Source of the DNA: Pirellulales bacterium
GTDB lineage: Bacteria; Planctomycetota; Planctomycetia; Pirellulales; JAEUIK01
Assembly: GCA_965227275.1 (NCBI GenBank)
Contig: CBDDFU010000001.1
Span: 3,378,764-3,442,763, forward strand
Length of the DNA stretch: 64,000 nt
Direction: 5' to 3'
Below are positions 46,932-57,562 of this stretch, piece after piece. The number at the start of each line of letters is the position of its first letter. Position 1 is the first letter of the stretch. The translations under genes and the position numbers were made by a program. The notes beneath the pieces are model-generated. The model had not been told where the DNA came from, searched no databases, and saw only the letters and a program-made list of their open reading frames with translations.

Positions 46932-47059
46932 CGATAATGCTCCTGGTTTTCGAGGGTTCGCATGTTGAACAAAGTGCCCAATATTTACGGATTATAGCCG
47001 CCAGTACAGCCCCGGCTTCTTCAAGGATGGAAGGAAGAGGCAAACAATCGGCAATCCCA

Positions 47060-47890
47060 TCACAGTGGCTTGCCGCTATCTCGCTCGGCGACGGCCTGCT
47101 GGAATCCTACTTCTTCGGCCCGCTTCTTGAACGCAATCCCTTCGGGCGTGTGGCGAGCGATGCCGTCGAAGAACGTGGCCAACATTTGGGTGCTGGCCAG
47201 GCCCATGTTTTCGTAAGCCTGATTGACGACCAGTTTTTGCAGAATGAGTTGGTTCAAAGGGACACTCGCCATGCGGTTGACCAGTGCTTCGGTCTCTTCA
47301 TCGAGCTGATCCGCAGGCACTGCTTTCGTGACCAGCCCCATCCGTTCGGCTTCGGCTCCGGTGATTAAGTCGCCGGTAAGCAACATTCGTTTGGCTCGCT
47401 CGGCCCCAATGCGATACACCCACATGGCCGTGGTAGGGCAGCCCCAGAGGCGGGCGGGGGGATAACCGATCTTTGCTTCGTCGGCCATCAAAATCAGATC
47501 GCAACACAGTGCGATGTCGCTTCCGCCGGCGACCGCAAAGCCCTGGATCTTGCAGAGCACCGGTTTGCGGGAACGCCACAGGCTCATGAAGCACTCGGTG
47601 TTCTCGCTCATCATGCGATAGTCGATCGTCGGATCCCACGGCATTTCCTGGCTTCCCGGGTTGGGTCCTTGAGTTTCGGCATAGAGCTTCAAATCGTAAC
47701 CCGAACAGAATGCGCGACCCGCTCCTGAGAGTACGATCACCCGCACCTCGTCATCCGCATTCGCTTGGGCAACGGCGGCCCGCAAGTCGCGTGGCAGGTC
47801 ATGATCGATGGCGTTGAGCCGTTCAGGGCGATTCAGCGTAATGCGGCCTATACGGCCATCTCGTTCGAATAGCACGGTTGCTTCAGGCAT
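47060..47890 (-). CDS. Enoyl-CoA hydratase/isomerase (crotonase) family protein
   Basis: 276-aa ORF. ITLNRPERLNAI, VIVLSGAGRAFCSGYDL, GFAVAGGSDIALCCDL. Confidence 0.85.
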   Translation of the reverse strand: MPEATVLFERDGRIGRITLNRPERLNAIDHDLPRDLRAAVAQANADDEVRVIVLSGAGRAFCSGYDLKLYAETQGPNPGSQEMPWDPTIDYRMMSENTECFMSLWRSRKPVLCKIQGFAVAGGSDIALCCDLILMADEAKIGYPPARLWGCPTTAMWVYRIGAERAKRMLLTGDLITGAEAERMGLVTKAVPADQLDEETEALVNRMASVPLNQLILQKLVVNQAYENMGLASTQMLATFFDGIARHTPEGIAFKKRAEEVGFQQAVAERDSGKPL

Positions 47891-48066
47891 GCGATGTCAC
47901 CATGTGAGCGAAGAATTGTGAAGATTCCTGGAAGGACGTTGTTATGGGGTGTATGCTACCAAAGCGAAGCCGGTGATACCCGGCGGCTGGTGGCAGTTCG
48001 CCACCGACTACGTTACACTTCGTGCCAACGTAACCATGAAGGAATCCGCACTCCGGGAAGTGATTT

Positions 48067-49392
48067 TTGGCCACCAACCCGAAACTCTTGGGACCCGACA
48101 CAGAGTACGAACCGTGGCGGTGGCAGATATTCGGCATCACCTGGCTGGCCTACGCCGGATTCTATCTCACGCGAAAATCGTTCGCGGTTGCCAAAGTCGA
48201 CATGCTGGATGATCCGAGTGTGTCGATCACCATCGAGCAGATGGGCTCGATCGATGCGGCTTACGGCATTGCCTATGCCTTGGGGCAGTGGATGTGGGGG
48301 ATCTCGGGCGACCGCTTCGGGCCCCGCAAAGTGGTATCGATCGGCATGCTCATCTCCACGCTGGTCGCCGTAGCCATGGGCTTCACCACGGTGGCGCTAA
48401 CGCTGGGGGTGCTCAATTTTCTACAAGGCTTGAGTCAATCTTCTGGTTGGGCACCGCTGACCAAGAACGTAAGCGCATTCTTCTCGCAACGCGAGCGGGG
48501 CGTCGTTATGGGGTTCTGGTGTACGAACTATGCCCTGGGTGGTTTTCTGGCCAGCCTGTTGGCCGGGTACGCTGTCTATACTGCGGGAGATTACCGCTTT
48601 GCCTTTTTCGTTCCGGCCGCCACGCTGTTTGGTATCTGGATCTTATTCCTGATATTTCAAAGGAACCGTCCTGAAGATGTCGGGCTCCCTTCCATCGAAG
48701 AATATCACGGTGAGAAGCCGGCCGTGCTCGACGAGCACGAAACGCCCATTGAAGAATCAGAGGGTTCGTGGAATGTCATTGCCGAGGTCCTTACGACGCC
48801 CATGGTCTGGCTGTTGGCCCTGGTGTATTTCTTTCTGAAACCGACGCGCTACGCGATTCTGTTCTGGGGCCCCCTCTATGTACACGAGAAGCTGGGTACC
48901 GAGGTCCTCGATTCGGCCTTAATCAGTTCGCTGTTCGAAATCGCGGGACCAGTTAGCGTGATTGTCGCCGGGTTCCTGTCGGACAAAGTCTTTGGCTCGC
49001 GACGCATGCCGGTCATCGTCATGGGGTTGCTCGTTTTAACCGTGTTGCTGTTTACTATGGAACGTCTACCCGCGAGCAAATTCGCGCTATCCTACTGGTT
49101 TCTAGGGATTGGCTTCATGGTTTATGGGCCCGATGCGTTAATCAGCGGGGCCGCCGCGATCGACTTCGGCACCAAGAAAGGGGCCGGAACCGCGGCCGGA
49201 ATGATCAACGGATTCGGGTCGGTCGGGGCGGTGATTGGAATGACCATCCCCGCCTATCTGCATAAGAACTACGGTTGGGGTTGGGTCTTTGGGCTCCTGG
49301 CCGGATGCTCGCTGATGGCGGCGCTGTTGCTGTTGCCCCAGTGGAACACGTTGCCCACGGTGGCGAACAACGCCAGCAACGACGACGAGTGA
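48067..49392 (+). CDS. MFS transporter, organophosphate:Pi antiporter (GlpT/UhpC-like) family
   Basis: 441-aa ORF. WRWQIFGITWLAYAGFYLTRKSFAVAK is typical of the OPA family, with about 12 TM helices. The only in-frame starts before this motif are TTG codons (48067 or 48088). Confidence 0.8.
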   Translation: MATNPKLLGPDTEYEPWRWQIFGITWLAYAGFYLTRKSFAVAKVDMLDDPSVSITIEQMGSIDAAYGIAYALGQWMWGISGDRFGPRKVVSIGMLISTLVAVAMGFTTVALTLGVLNFLQGLSQSSGWAPLTKNVSAFFSQRERGVVMGFWCTNYALGGFLASLLAGYAVYTAGDYRFAFFVPAATLFGIWILFLIFQRNRPEDVGLPSIEEYHGEKPAVLDEHETPIEESEGSWNVIAEVLTTPMVWLLALVYFFLKPTRYAILFWGPLYVHEKLGTEVLDSALISSLFEIAGPVSVIVAGFLSDKVFGSRRMPVIVMGLLVLTVLLFTMERLPASKFALSYWFLGIGFMVYGPDALISGAAAIDFGTKKGAGTAAGMINGFGSVGAVIGMTIPAYLHKNYGWGWVFGLLAGCSLMAALLLLPQWNTLPTVANNASNDDE

Positions 49393-49530
49393 CGCTCCTC
49401 GGTCGTTCGCTCGAACAGGCTCGTGCTGCCGTTCTTCTCCAAGCGTTGACGATAGTCGGAGAACGAATAGTCTCCGAATCGGAGTCCTCCGTGTACGTTC
49501 ATCGGATGGACCTGATTGTTCCGACGTACC

Positions 49531-50247
49531 TTACAGCTTCAGTAGGCGATGTCCCAGCGGTGTGAGGTTGCTGGGAACCAGATGGGTGAGGCAGCAGAGA
49601 AAATCTCCCCGCGCGTAGTGAGGATTCGCACGCACGAAGAAATCAACGTGCGGGTCATCGAGGTGCCGCTCGCTGACGTCGGCCCGCTCGGGTCGCACGG
49701 GGGTGGTTTTGTCGAGGATCACGATGCCCTGGTCCGGGTGATATTCTTGCGGGAAGATGTGAGATACCAGGGCATCGAGCGAGTTTTTCAGTTCGGGTCG
49801 ATTAGGCTGATCGTGACGTGGCGCCGACTCTTCGAACACGCCCGCGATCAAGCGGTAACTGCGAAAGGTGCAGGTGAGCAGCAGCCAGTAGGTTTTGCGG
49901 TCGGGCCACTGATCGGCAAGCTCGAACAGACGTTGTCCCACGACACGCAGAAACTGGCGGTCGCCCCAATGCTGAGGGTCGATGATCGTGTCGCCGGAGA
50001 ACAATCCTACGATCGGCTCGCCGGCAACTTCGGTATGCAGCGCCACCAGTGTCGAAAATCCCTCCAGACGACCCTCCGCAGTGGTCACCATGAACACTTC
50101 GTTTTTCTTGTCCAGGTCATGCTCAAATTGCTCGCGTTCGACGTTCTCGAACTGCGCGGACATCAATTCGAACATTCGATCGCGGTTTTCCTGATCGATC
50201 TGCTTCACCGGCAGCAGCGTAGTGGTCATTCTCGCGTGTGTCGGCAT
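49531..50247 (-). CDS. Hypothetical protein, possibly GNAT-fold acyltransferase-like
   Basis: 238-aa ORF with ATG start, 92 nt downstream of the ligase gene on the same strand. The succession of helices and strands around IVGLFSGDTIIDPQHWGDRQFLRVVGQRLFEL looks GNAT-like. No diagnostic motif seen, so the fold call is weak. Confidence 0.5.
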   Translation of the reverse strand: MPTHARMTTTLLPVKQIDQENRDRMFELMSAQFENVEREQFEHDLDKKNEVFMVTTAEGRLEGFSTLVALHTEVAGEPIVGLFSGDTIIDPQHWGDRQFLRVVGQRLFELADQWPDRKTYWLLLTCTFRSYRLIAGVFEESAPRHDQPNRPELKNSLDALVSHIFPQEYHPDQGIVILDKTTPVRPERADVSERHLDDPHVDFFVRANPHYARGDFLCCLTHLVPSNLTPLGHRLLKL

Positions 50248-50339
50248 GTTGATCTTTTCAGGATTGACCAGGAGTTTTACGGAAGACCATCAATGCTGCT
50301 GAGCCATCGAGAAGGCAGCAACAATATTACTGTGGCCGA

Positions 50340-51743
50340 TCAAGCGATGGGAACCTCGGAGCGAAATTCTTCATACTTCCCTCGTCGTGTACGGGGGATG
50401 TCGTCGACGTAGTTGAAGCGGATTTCAAAATCGTATTCCAAGCCTCGCTGCAGGTACTTGCGGATCGTCTCTTCCTCATCGGGCGTAAGTTGACGCAGCG
50501 TAACGAGATTGACGTCGATCTGCTCGACCGTTCGCTGGATGAGTTGAAACTTCGTGATCGGGGGAAGTTCGTCGAAGGCGGCCGCCAGATCTCGGGCTTC
50601 GACCACGGGCCACCGCGTACGTCCGTCGGGCAACGTGAACATGTTTCGTTGCCGCCCCATGATGCGATTCAGCACGGGCAGGCCACGACCGCAGGAGCAC
50701 GGTTCGCCAACCTCCGCGAAGTCGCCAATATCATACCGAATCAGCGGCATGGCACAGTTGTGCAGGCCGGTTACGATGACTCTTCCAACGTCCCCCGGTT
50801 TGCAGGGTTGCCCCTCGTCGTCCACCACTTCCAGCAGCACATTCTCGGCTTGTATGTGATAGCCGCCCTGATCGGGGCATTGCAGCGCCAAGTAGCCGAA
50901 CTCTTCCGAACTGTACGTATCAACAATTGGCACCCCCCAGGCACTTTGGCATGCTTCACGAACGTGGGGTTCGAGAATCTCGCCGAACGTCCTCACTTCT
51001 CGCAGGCGATTCAGTTCAAGCCCTTCTCGCTCGAAGTGACGCGCCAAGGCATGTACGACCGTGGGGTAGGTCATCAAGTACTCGGGATCTTCCTTGCACA
51101 ACCAGCGCGCCTGCTCGTCGGTGGTGCTGTTGATGTGAAGCAACGCGCAGGGGCCTGTTTCGATGAGACCCCGCGTGGCCGATCCCCAGTTCTCGGCATG
51201 GGCGCCGTCCGGAGGCCGCGCGGTTTCAGATTCCACAAAGCGAATTGCCGCCAGCTTGGAGGCGAAGCGGCGGCGATGCCAAAAGTGGTCCCGTAGCGTG
51301 AACACCCGCCATGAAGCAGCCGTTACCGAGGTGCCCAGCACTTGGACCGGCTCTCCGGTCGACCCGCCGGTAACGTGTAGCGATCGCTTGCCATGATCGC
51401 GTGGCAGGCTGGTCGCGTGGAGACGTTCGCCAGCCAGTTGTACATCGCGTCGCGAAAGGATCGGGAGTCTCGACCACGCTTGAGGCTCGACCATTGCGTC
51501 TGCCTCAATACCCACCTCGGCCCACGTTTCTTGATAGTAGGGCACAGTTGCCAGGGTGTGTTCGATCAAAGCCCTGAGCTGCCGCGCCTGGTGCTCGCGT
51601 ATTTCAGCGAGTGATAACCACTCGGTTTGTTGCAGTTGAAAGAGCATTGCCAGTGGCAATGTCGCTTGAGGGCGAGGGATTGCTGGCCAGACGATACCTG
51701 CGATCCCCGAACGATAATTCACCGACTCGCCGTGTTCCATCAA
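50340..51743 (-). CDS. Adenylate-forming enzyme, phenylacetate-CoA ligase / CapK / F390-synthetase family
   Basis: 467-aa ORF. VTGGSTGEPV (P-loop-like AMP motif), TYSSEEFGYLALQC, IRYDIGDFAE. The C-terminal small domain ends ...RRGKYEEF. Confidence 0.8.
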   Translation of the reverse strand: MMEHGESVNYRSGIAGIVWPAIPRPQATLPLAMLFQLQQTEWLSLAEIREHQARQLRALIEHTLATVPYYQETWAEVGIEADAMVEPQAWSRLPILSRRDVQLAGERLHATSLPRDHGKRSLHVTGGSTGEPVQVLGTSVTAASWRVFTLRDHFWHRRRFASKLAAIRFVESETARPPDGAHAENWGSATRGLIETGPCALLHINSTTDEQARWLCKEDPEYLMTYPTVVHALARHFEREGLELNRLREVRTFGEILEPHVREACQSAWGVPIVDTYSSEEFGYLALQCPDQGGYHIQAENVLLEVVDDEGQPCKPGDVGRVIVTGLHNCAMPLIRYDIGDFAEVGEPCSCGRGLPVLNRIMGRQRNMFTLPDGRTRWPVVEARDLAAAFDELPPITKFQLIQRTVEQIDVNLVTLRQLTPDEEETIRKYLQRGLEYDFEIRFNYVDDIPRTRRGKYEEFRSEVPIA

Positions 51744-51862
51744 TCAATTCACAAAGACAGTAGAGTTTTCCGGTAGTTCCATCCTACCAACACCAAGAGT
51801 GCAGACCCAATGAGCTTGTCGGAGGCCAGCCGAATGATCAAGGGATGCGTGTTGCGCTGGGC

Positions 51863-54800
51863 CTAAATCGGCGGGAGGTCGGTTTCCGTCTCGCCGCCTT
51901 CCAGGTCGTTCAGAATGTCTTGCGACAGGGTATAGAGGAACCAATCGAGGTCGCTACCGCCGGATAACTCGTCGACCAGGGGATTCCCTTCGATGGTCAG
52001 GCCGACCTGGAGGAACGTGTCACCGTTTGCCCTGGGACCGGTGCCGGTGCCGTTGATGTTTTCGATCCGTGTGGCGTAATCTCTGGTCGAAGTCCACTCG
52101 GCCATGATGGCGTCGACGGCGTCATCCAAATCTTCGAGGTCGAAGAGCAACGTTCCGGCCAGAAGTATGTCTTCGCCGGAATCGCCAGAGATCAGATCTC
52201 CGGATACCTGAGTTTCGCCCGCTACCCCGCCCACGATGAAGTCGCGTCCCGATCCGCCGCTGATAGTATCGACTCCTACCCCGCCATCGATAAAGTCGTT
52301 TCCATCTCCGCCGAAGAGTTGATCGTTGGAACCCTCGGCACCGTCACCGCCGTAGATTCTGTCGTCGTCGTCTCCGCCATCGACAAAATCAAGGCCACCA
52401 CCGGCCAGCACCGTGTCGTTTCCCTCGTTGCCGTATAAGAAATCATCTCCGCCTTCGCTACCGTCGCCAACAATCAAGTCGTCACCGAATCCTCCGATCG
52501 CCAGGTCTCCGCCTTTTGCACCTTCGGCTCCATCGACACTGTCTGCCCAAAGCGTGTCGTTCCCATCCCCGCCGACTAGTGTGTCATTCCCATCCCCGCC
52601 GACGAGCACGTCGTTCGCGAGTCCGCCTAGCAACACGTCCTGGCCGCTGCCGCCATAAACCTCAAGAGCCAGGTCCGTTAGTGAGGTGGCAGCAACAATG
52701 TCGTCGCCAGACCCGGTGTAGACGAGGATCCGTCCCGTGATGCCGGTGAAGTTTTCCGCGGTGCTCACCAAGCTTCCATTTAGAACCAGCGTGATGAAAT
52801 TAAGCGACTCGACTCCCGTTTCGATTAACTGAATCTGGTCGATTCCGGTAGTCCCGCCGAATGCGAAATTCATCAATGCCGGCTCATCCTCGTCCGGCTG
52901 AAGTTCGACCTGCGACACGGAAATCGATTCCAGCGTCTCCTCTCCGGTCGCTTCCCGAGCGTCCATGGCGGTGACTTGAATCGTTTGATCGCCTAACGTG
53001 GCGAATGATGTCGTGACCTGCAAGCCAGAGGGTCCCGTGATGATCCGATCAACGGTTCCGTCGTTATCCCAATCGATGTGGAACGCGAAATCCCCCGACT
53101 GATCGGACGGGTTTGGGTCGGTGGCCGTCAAGGTGAACGTGCGAGGTTGATAGGGTACCGCGGTGGGTGGGCCACTGATTGCGGCGGTGGGGGCCTGATT
53201 CACAACCAGCACGTACTCACCCTGGGTGTCACTCTCGGCCAGCACACGAACCCGATAGGTGCCTGCGACCGTTGTGGTGTAACTCAGCAAAGCGTTCTTC
53301 CCGTCGACCGCCGAATTGGAATCAAACGCGACGGGGGCCCCGAAGGGATCGTAAAGCTCAACGGCCGGGTCGAGCGTGTTCACGCCTTGACCGGTTGACT
53401 CACCCGGAGTTCTGGTCGTGATGACCACCGTCTCGTTGGCAGCCAGATCGATACTGTAGTAATCGTCGCTCTTGTACAGGGTGTCGAGTGACACCTGAGA
53501 GAACGTTTCCTCCACGGCGTCGATGCTTGGCCCCATGACCATGACGAACGATGCCTCGCTTCGCTCGCCGGGTTGCAATGAACCCAGGTCGAATGCCAGA
53601 TTGATCGACAGATCGGCGGTCTTTCCATAGGGGTCTTGCGGACTATCGAGCACCTCAAAGGGATCGGTGACGAGGTTGCCCTCAGCGGAGACGACCCCCC
53701 TGGGGTCCAAAGTGCCGAGCCCCAGAACTCCATTGAACAATGAACCGCCGACCACAAGATTTCCATTGGCCAGCACATCATTCGCCGTGATGACATCACC
53801 CCCGGGATCGGGATCCTGGTTTTCCAGCAGCGCCACGTTGTCCAACGTTCCCGCCGTATTGTTGGTGATCGAAGTCGTGATCATGGCGTAATCATCGCCG
53901 TCGTTCCACAGCACGACCCGTTCGAATTCAACCCCCGGCGAGATGGTTCCGAAGATGCGTACCCCGTGTTGCGAGCCGCTGGAAATGTCTTCCATGCTTA
54001 CGGGAAAGTCGCTTCCCGTGGCAGGCGAACCATTGGTATGGGTCGCGCCGTCGAATGCCACGGTATAGGCGGCCAGGGCGGTTCCGAAATCCAGGTACTC
54101 GACTCCGTTGTGCCTTGCCCCCAGCGTTGACCCTACAAACGAACCATCGCTAGCGAAACCCAGCGAGATGGGATTCGCAATGATGTCCAGCGGCCCACTT
54201 ACGGGCGTGCCGCTGGATGAGCTGGACGAGGTTCCAAAGCCAACGGAACCAAAGGCGACACCGGACTTGGGAAGGGGTTGCGCTGCGGTCAATTCATCGT
54301 TGACCTCGGTGTCGAAGGTCGCATTTCTGGTTACCAGCAACTGATAGTCGGTTGCCGAGACTCCATCGATCCTGATGTAATAGGTGCCATCGGCTGTAAC
54401 TTCATACCCGTCGATGGCCACGTCCACATTGTCGGCGGTTATCGCGGAGTAAAGAACGGTGTCCGTGTCATCGCGAAGATCAAGCGTCAGCGTACCCCGC
54501 CATTCGCTGGTGGCCGACACGCTGATGCGGTCACCATCGGACAGGGAGATCGCGTAATAATCGGGATGCGGGTTCGGCACGATTCCCACGCCAATTTTGA
54601 CGCTTACCCCCGAATCGAGAAAGGCGCTAGGGCCTTCATCCTGGGCGACGAGCAGTCGATTGTCGCTCTGACCAGGGATCTGAAAATTGAGGTCCTTGAT
54701 GCCTACGGTCGCGCTCGCTCCACCGGAATCGGGATGGGATGAATCAAGATCGAGATAATTCAATTGAATGGTGCCGTCGCTCTCATTCAGGATTGCCTGA

Positions 54801-57562
54801 AAAGTAATGACGTCGCCGGTTCCGGCGCCCAGAAATTGCACCTCATTCCACTGGACAACAAGTTGTTGGTTGCTGCCCGAGCCCTTCACTTCCCAATACA
54901 CGGCCGATTCAGGCGTAGTGTCGATGAACAGGTCGTCCCAAAGTGCAGCGATTGTCGGTAAAATGGGCGACTGGGTGAGATCGGAATTGTTGGGGGAAGT
55001 CTCAGGAGCAAAGAAACTAATCAAGCCGTTGCTGGAGATGAATGCGGACGTATAGACGACACCATAGAAACTAAAGGAAAAGCCATTGAGATCGATCGCA
55101 TTCAGAATCGAACTGGCATTGTCGACCCCAAATTGATTGTCATCGAAGATCGCTGTTCCCGTCGTGCTGATGTCGTCAAACTCGTACGGTACGACTAACG
55201 CTTCGTAACCGAACTGATCGGGTCCTACCTTGAGAACGCCCCCTTCGATCGCACCACTGATCAATGTTCGTGAAGCAGTTGGCTCGATCTCCACGAGGCT
55301 GCCATCCAGATTTTGAGCGGTGCCGAGTGTATCGTTGTCGGTGGCTCCCAGCTCCTCGAGTTCAACATCGCCGTTGACGATGATGGTCACCTCATAATCG
55401 CCGGTCGTTCCACCCGTTGAGGAGACTTCAAAGGAATAGTTTCCGGTACTGTTAACCGTGACCGACTGCACGTAAACCGGCTCGCCAGGTGTAAAGGAAG
55501 AAGCAGAGGCTTGCAGTATCGCACTCGGGTTCAGTATGCGAACTTTGGGTTGCAGCGAAGCATCGCCTTTAACGACCACGGAAATCGATTGATTAGCTTC
55601 CAGCGATACGACGAACGTGTCCAGGTCGCTGCCGTCTTGAATAATTCCCGGGATGGTTTGCTCAAGTTGAAGGCTGCCCAGAGTGTCGATGCCTTGGGTG
55701 AGATCGCCGAGCGGAATCGAGGCGAAATCGAGGGTGTAGACGCTTGTGAACTCGGCGATGGGGTTTCCGTAGCTGTCGCTCAATGCCCCTTCCGAAATTC
55801 GTGCGGTTAATGTCCCTTCGCCGTTAATGCCTGCAATGGTGTACTCGACCGTGTCTGTATCGATGGGGGTTACTCCAGCAACCGACCCGATCGTTACGGC
55901 AAGATCGTCGAGCCCCAAAGAACCTGGGTCATAGGCTTCATTTAAGTCGATGCGGATCGTCGTCAGGGGGAGGGCCGCAACCGAATTCGCGGTAGGTACA
56001 CTGGTAATCACCTGCATCGGAACCGCATCCCAGCGGAATACGGAATCGAACTGGTCAATCGGTTCGAACGCTTCGTCTTCGATGGCGCCGGCTGCAATCT
56101 GCATCGCCTGTATGCCCTGCGTTGTGATCGGACTGACGACGAAACCGAAGGTAAGCGTGTCGTCATCCGTCAACGCCACCGAGTCCGCAGGAATTCCATT
56201 GACGGTCAAATCGCCGGCGTCAATCGACGCCGACAGGTACGGCGTGGAGAAATCGATAACGAACTCTGTGATTTGCGTCGATACCAACCCGTCTTCGCTC
56301 GGCGAGGAACTGACCACATGAATCTTGCCTAACGCATCGATCGCTTCGGCCAATGCGAACATGTCGATGCGTGCGTAGTTCGCTTCGGTATTGATGACGT
56401 TGTCGTCTTCGTCGTCGCCATCGTTGACCACAACCGCGGTATCTTGCAGCAGGTCGAGGAACTCTTGGTTGGTGAGTCGCCGTCCCAGGGCATCGTCGGC
56501 GATTTGTTGAGCGAGAACGGCGACGCCAGCAATATGCGGCGATGCCTGGCTGGTACCGGCGTAAGTTGATATCCCGCCCACCGCATCGGCACCCGAGATG
56601 ATTGCCCCCGGTGCGAGAATGTCGGTCAGTGTGGGATGGCGTTGCGAGAAACTGGCCAATCGGTCTGCGTCGGTCGTGTAATCAATGGCGCCGGTTCCCC
56701 ACTGGAACGGGCCACCGTTGTCGCCATCCCACACCGCACTTACCGCCAGCGAGTTGGGATCGGCCGCAGGATACGCAACCCCCGGCGTACTGCCATTGTT
56801 GTAAAAGCTGTTGCCCGCCGCGGAAACAACAACAACATCGAGCGCGGCCAATGCGGCCAACTCATCATCCAGCCCGTAGTCTCCTGCGGCCACCTGTCGA
56901 TTGGACGAGTCGGCCAGCGACATGTTTACGGTGACAATGTTATAGGTCGCCGCGTTTGCCACGACCCATTGCAGAGCGGCTTCAACGTCTCCAAAACTTC
57001 CGAACCCGGCATCGTCAAGCACTTGCAGGTGAATGATGTCCGCGCCAGGAGCCACACCCGGATATACGGCGTCCTGGGATGCCACGATGCTCGAAACGTT
57101 CGAGCCATGGCCGTTCACGTCTTGTGCATCGGGGTCCGAACCGGTGAAGTCTTGGTTGTAAACAATACGGTCAGCGACCCCGTCGAGCGTCAAGTCGGGG
57201 CCGAAAAAGGGGTGATCAAGATCGATGCCCGTATCAAGGATGACAGCCGCGTAGCCAGTGCCGTCGACACCTGTGAAGCGTGGATCGAGTTGAAAGTCGT
57301 CCAGGTTGATTAACGGGCCTGAGAGTGAAGTTTGTTGCTGCAGCTCGTCACCAGAGAAGTTCAGCCGCTGACCAACGGCGGAAACCGTTGCCTCGGAAGC
57401 CGTGGTGGTCAACCTGGAACTCAGCTCCGCGGCCAGTGTCGCGCGATCGAGTTCAATTTGACCCAGCGCATCGACTGCAAGTAGGAGACGAGACTCAAGT
57501 GGTTCGAGCCCACGGTCACGACCATGGACGAATCTGTTTCTTACAGATTGAATCTTGCGCAT
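51863..57562 (-). CDS. Giant secreted subtilisin-like (S8) protease with beta-sandwich repeats and C-terminal RTX calcium-binding repeats
   Basis: About 1899 aa from ATG 57562 (GTG 57598 possible). N-terminal LEPLESRLLLA motif. S8 triad blocks ILDTGIDLDHP, NGHGSNVSSIVAS, GTSQASPHIAGVAVL. Several PPC/Ig-like segments and GGxGxD nonapeptide repeats (VGGDGNDTLVGGDGNDTLW etc.). Confidence 0.85.
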   Translation of the reverse strand: MRKIQSVRNRFVHGRDRGLEPLESRLLLAVDALGQIELDRATLAAELSSRLTTTASEATVSAVGQRLNFSGDELQQQTSLSGPLINLDDFQLDPRFTGVDGTGYAAVILDTGIDLDHPFFGPDLTLDGVADRIVYNQDFTGSDPDAQDVNGHGSNVSSIVASQDAVYPGVAPGADIIHLQVLDDAGFGSFGDVEAALQWVVANAATYNIVTVNMSLADSSNRQVAAGDYGLDDELAALAALDVVVVSAAGNSFYNNGSTPGVAYPAADPNSLAVSAVWDGDNGGPFQWGTGAIDYTTDADRLASFSQRHPTLTDILAPGAIISGADAVGGISTYAGTSQASPHIAGVAVLAQQIADDALGRRLTNQEFLDLLQDTAVVVNDGDDEDDNVINTEANYARIDMFALAEAIDALGKIHVVSSSPSEDGLVSTQITEFVIDFSTPYLSASIDAGDLTVNGIPADSVALTDDDTLTFGFVVSPITTQGIQAMQIAAGAIEDEAFEPIDQFDSVFRWDAVPMQVITSVPTANSVAALPLTTIRIDLNEAYDPGSLGLDDLAVTIGSVAGVTPIDTDTVEYTIAGINGEGTLTARISEGALSDSYGNPIAEFTSVYTLDFASIPLGDLTQGIDTLGSLQLEQTIPGIIQDGSDLDTFVVSLEANQSISVVVKGDASLQPKVRILNPSAILQASASSFTPGEPVYVQSVTVNSTGNYSFEVSSTGGTTGDYEVTIIVNGDVELEELGATDNDTLGTAQNLDGSLVEIEPTASRTLISGAIEGGVLKVGPDQFGYEALVVPYEFDDISTTGTAIFDDNQFGVDNASSILNAIDLNGFSFSFYGVVYTSAFISSNGLISFFAPETSPNNSDLTQSPILPTIAALWDDLFIDTTPESAVYWEVKGSGSNQQLVVQWNEVQFLGAGTGDVITFQAILNESDGTIQLNYLDLDSSHPDSGGASATVGIKDLNFQIPGQSDNRLLVAQDEGPSAFLDSGVSVKIGVGIVPNPHPDYYAISLSDGDRISVSATSEWRGTLTLDLRDDTDTVLYSAITADNVDVAIDGYEVTADGTYYIRIDGVSATDYQLLVTRNATFDTEVNDELTAAQPLPKSGVAFGSVGFGTSSSSSSGTPVSGPLDIIANPISLGFASDGSFVGSTLGARHNGVEYLDFGTALAAYTVAFDGATHTNGSPATGSDFPVSMEDISSGSQHGVRIFGTISPGVEFERVVLWNDGDDYAMITTSITNNTAGTLDNVALLENQDPDPGGDVITANDVLANGNLVVGGSLFNGVLGLGTLDPRGVVSAEGNLVTDPFEVLDSPQDPYGKTADLSINLAFDLGSLQPGERSEASFVMVMGPSIDAVEETFSQVSLDTLYKSDDYYSIDLAANETVVITTRTPGESTGQGVNTLDPAVELYDPFGAPVAFDSNSAVDGKNALLSYTTTVAGTYRVRVLAESDTQGEYVLVVNQAPTAAISGPPTAVPYQPRTFTLTATDPNPSDQSGDFAFHIDWDNDGTVDRIITGPSGLQVTTSFATLGDQTIQVTAMDAREATGEETLESISVSQVELQPDEDEPALMNFAFGGTTGIDQIQLIETGVESLNFITLVLNGSLVSTAENFTGITGRILVYTGSGDDIVAATSLTDLALEVYGGSGQDVLLGGLANDVLVGGDGNDTLVGGDGNDTLWADSVDGAEGAKGGDLAIGGFGDDLIVGDGSEGGDDFLYGNEGNDTVLAGGGLDFVDGGDDDDRIYGGDGAEGSNDQLFGGDGNDFIDGGVGVDTISGGSGRDFIVGGVAGETQVSGDLISGDSGEDILLAGTLLFDLEDLDDAVDAIMAEWTSTRDYATRIENINGTGTGPRANGDTFLQVGLTIEGNPLVDELSGGSDLDWFLYTLSQDILNDLEGGETETDLPPI

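Noticed and set aside
52554-52603. 27-bp direct DNA repeat (GTGTC[G/A]TTCCCATCCCCGCCGAC twice).
   Set aside because: It is the coding image of consecutive RTX nonapeptides (GGDGNDTLV GGDGNDTLW) in the giant protein, not an independent DNA-level element.
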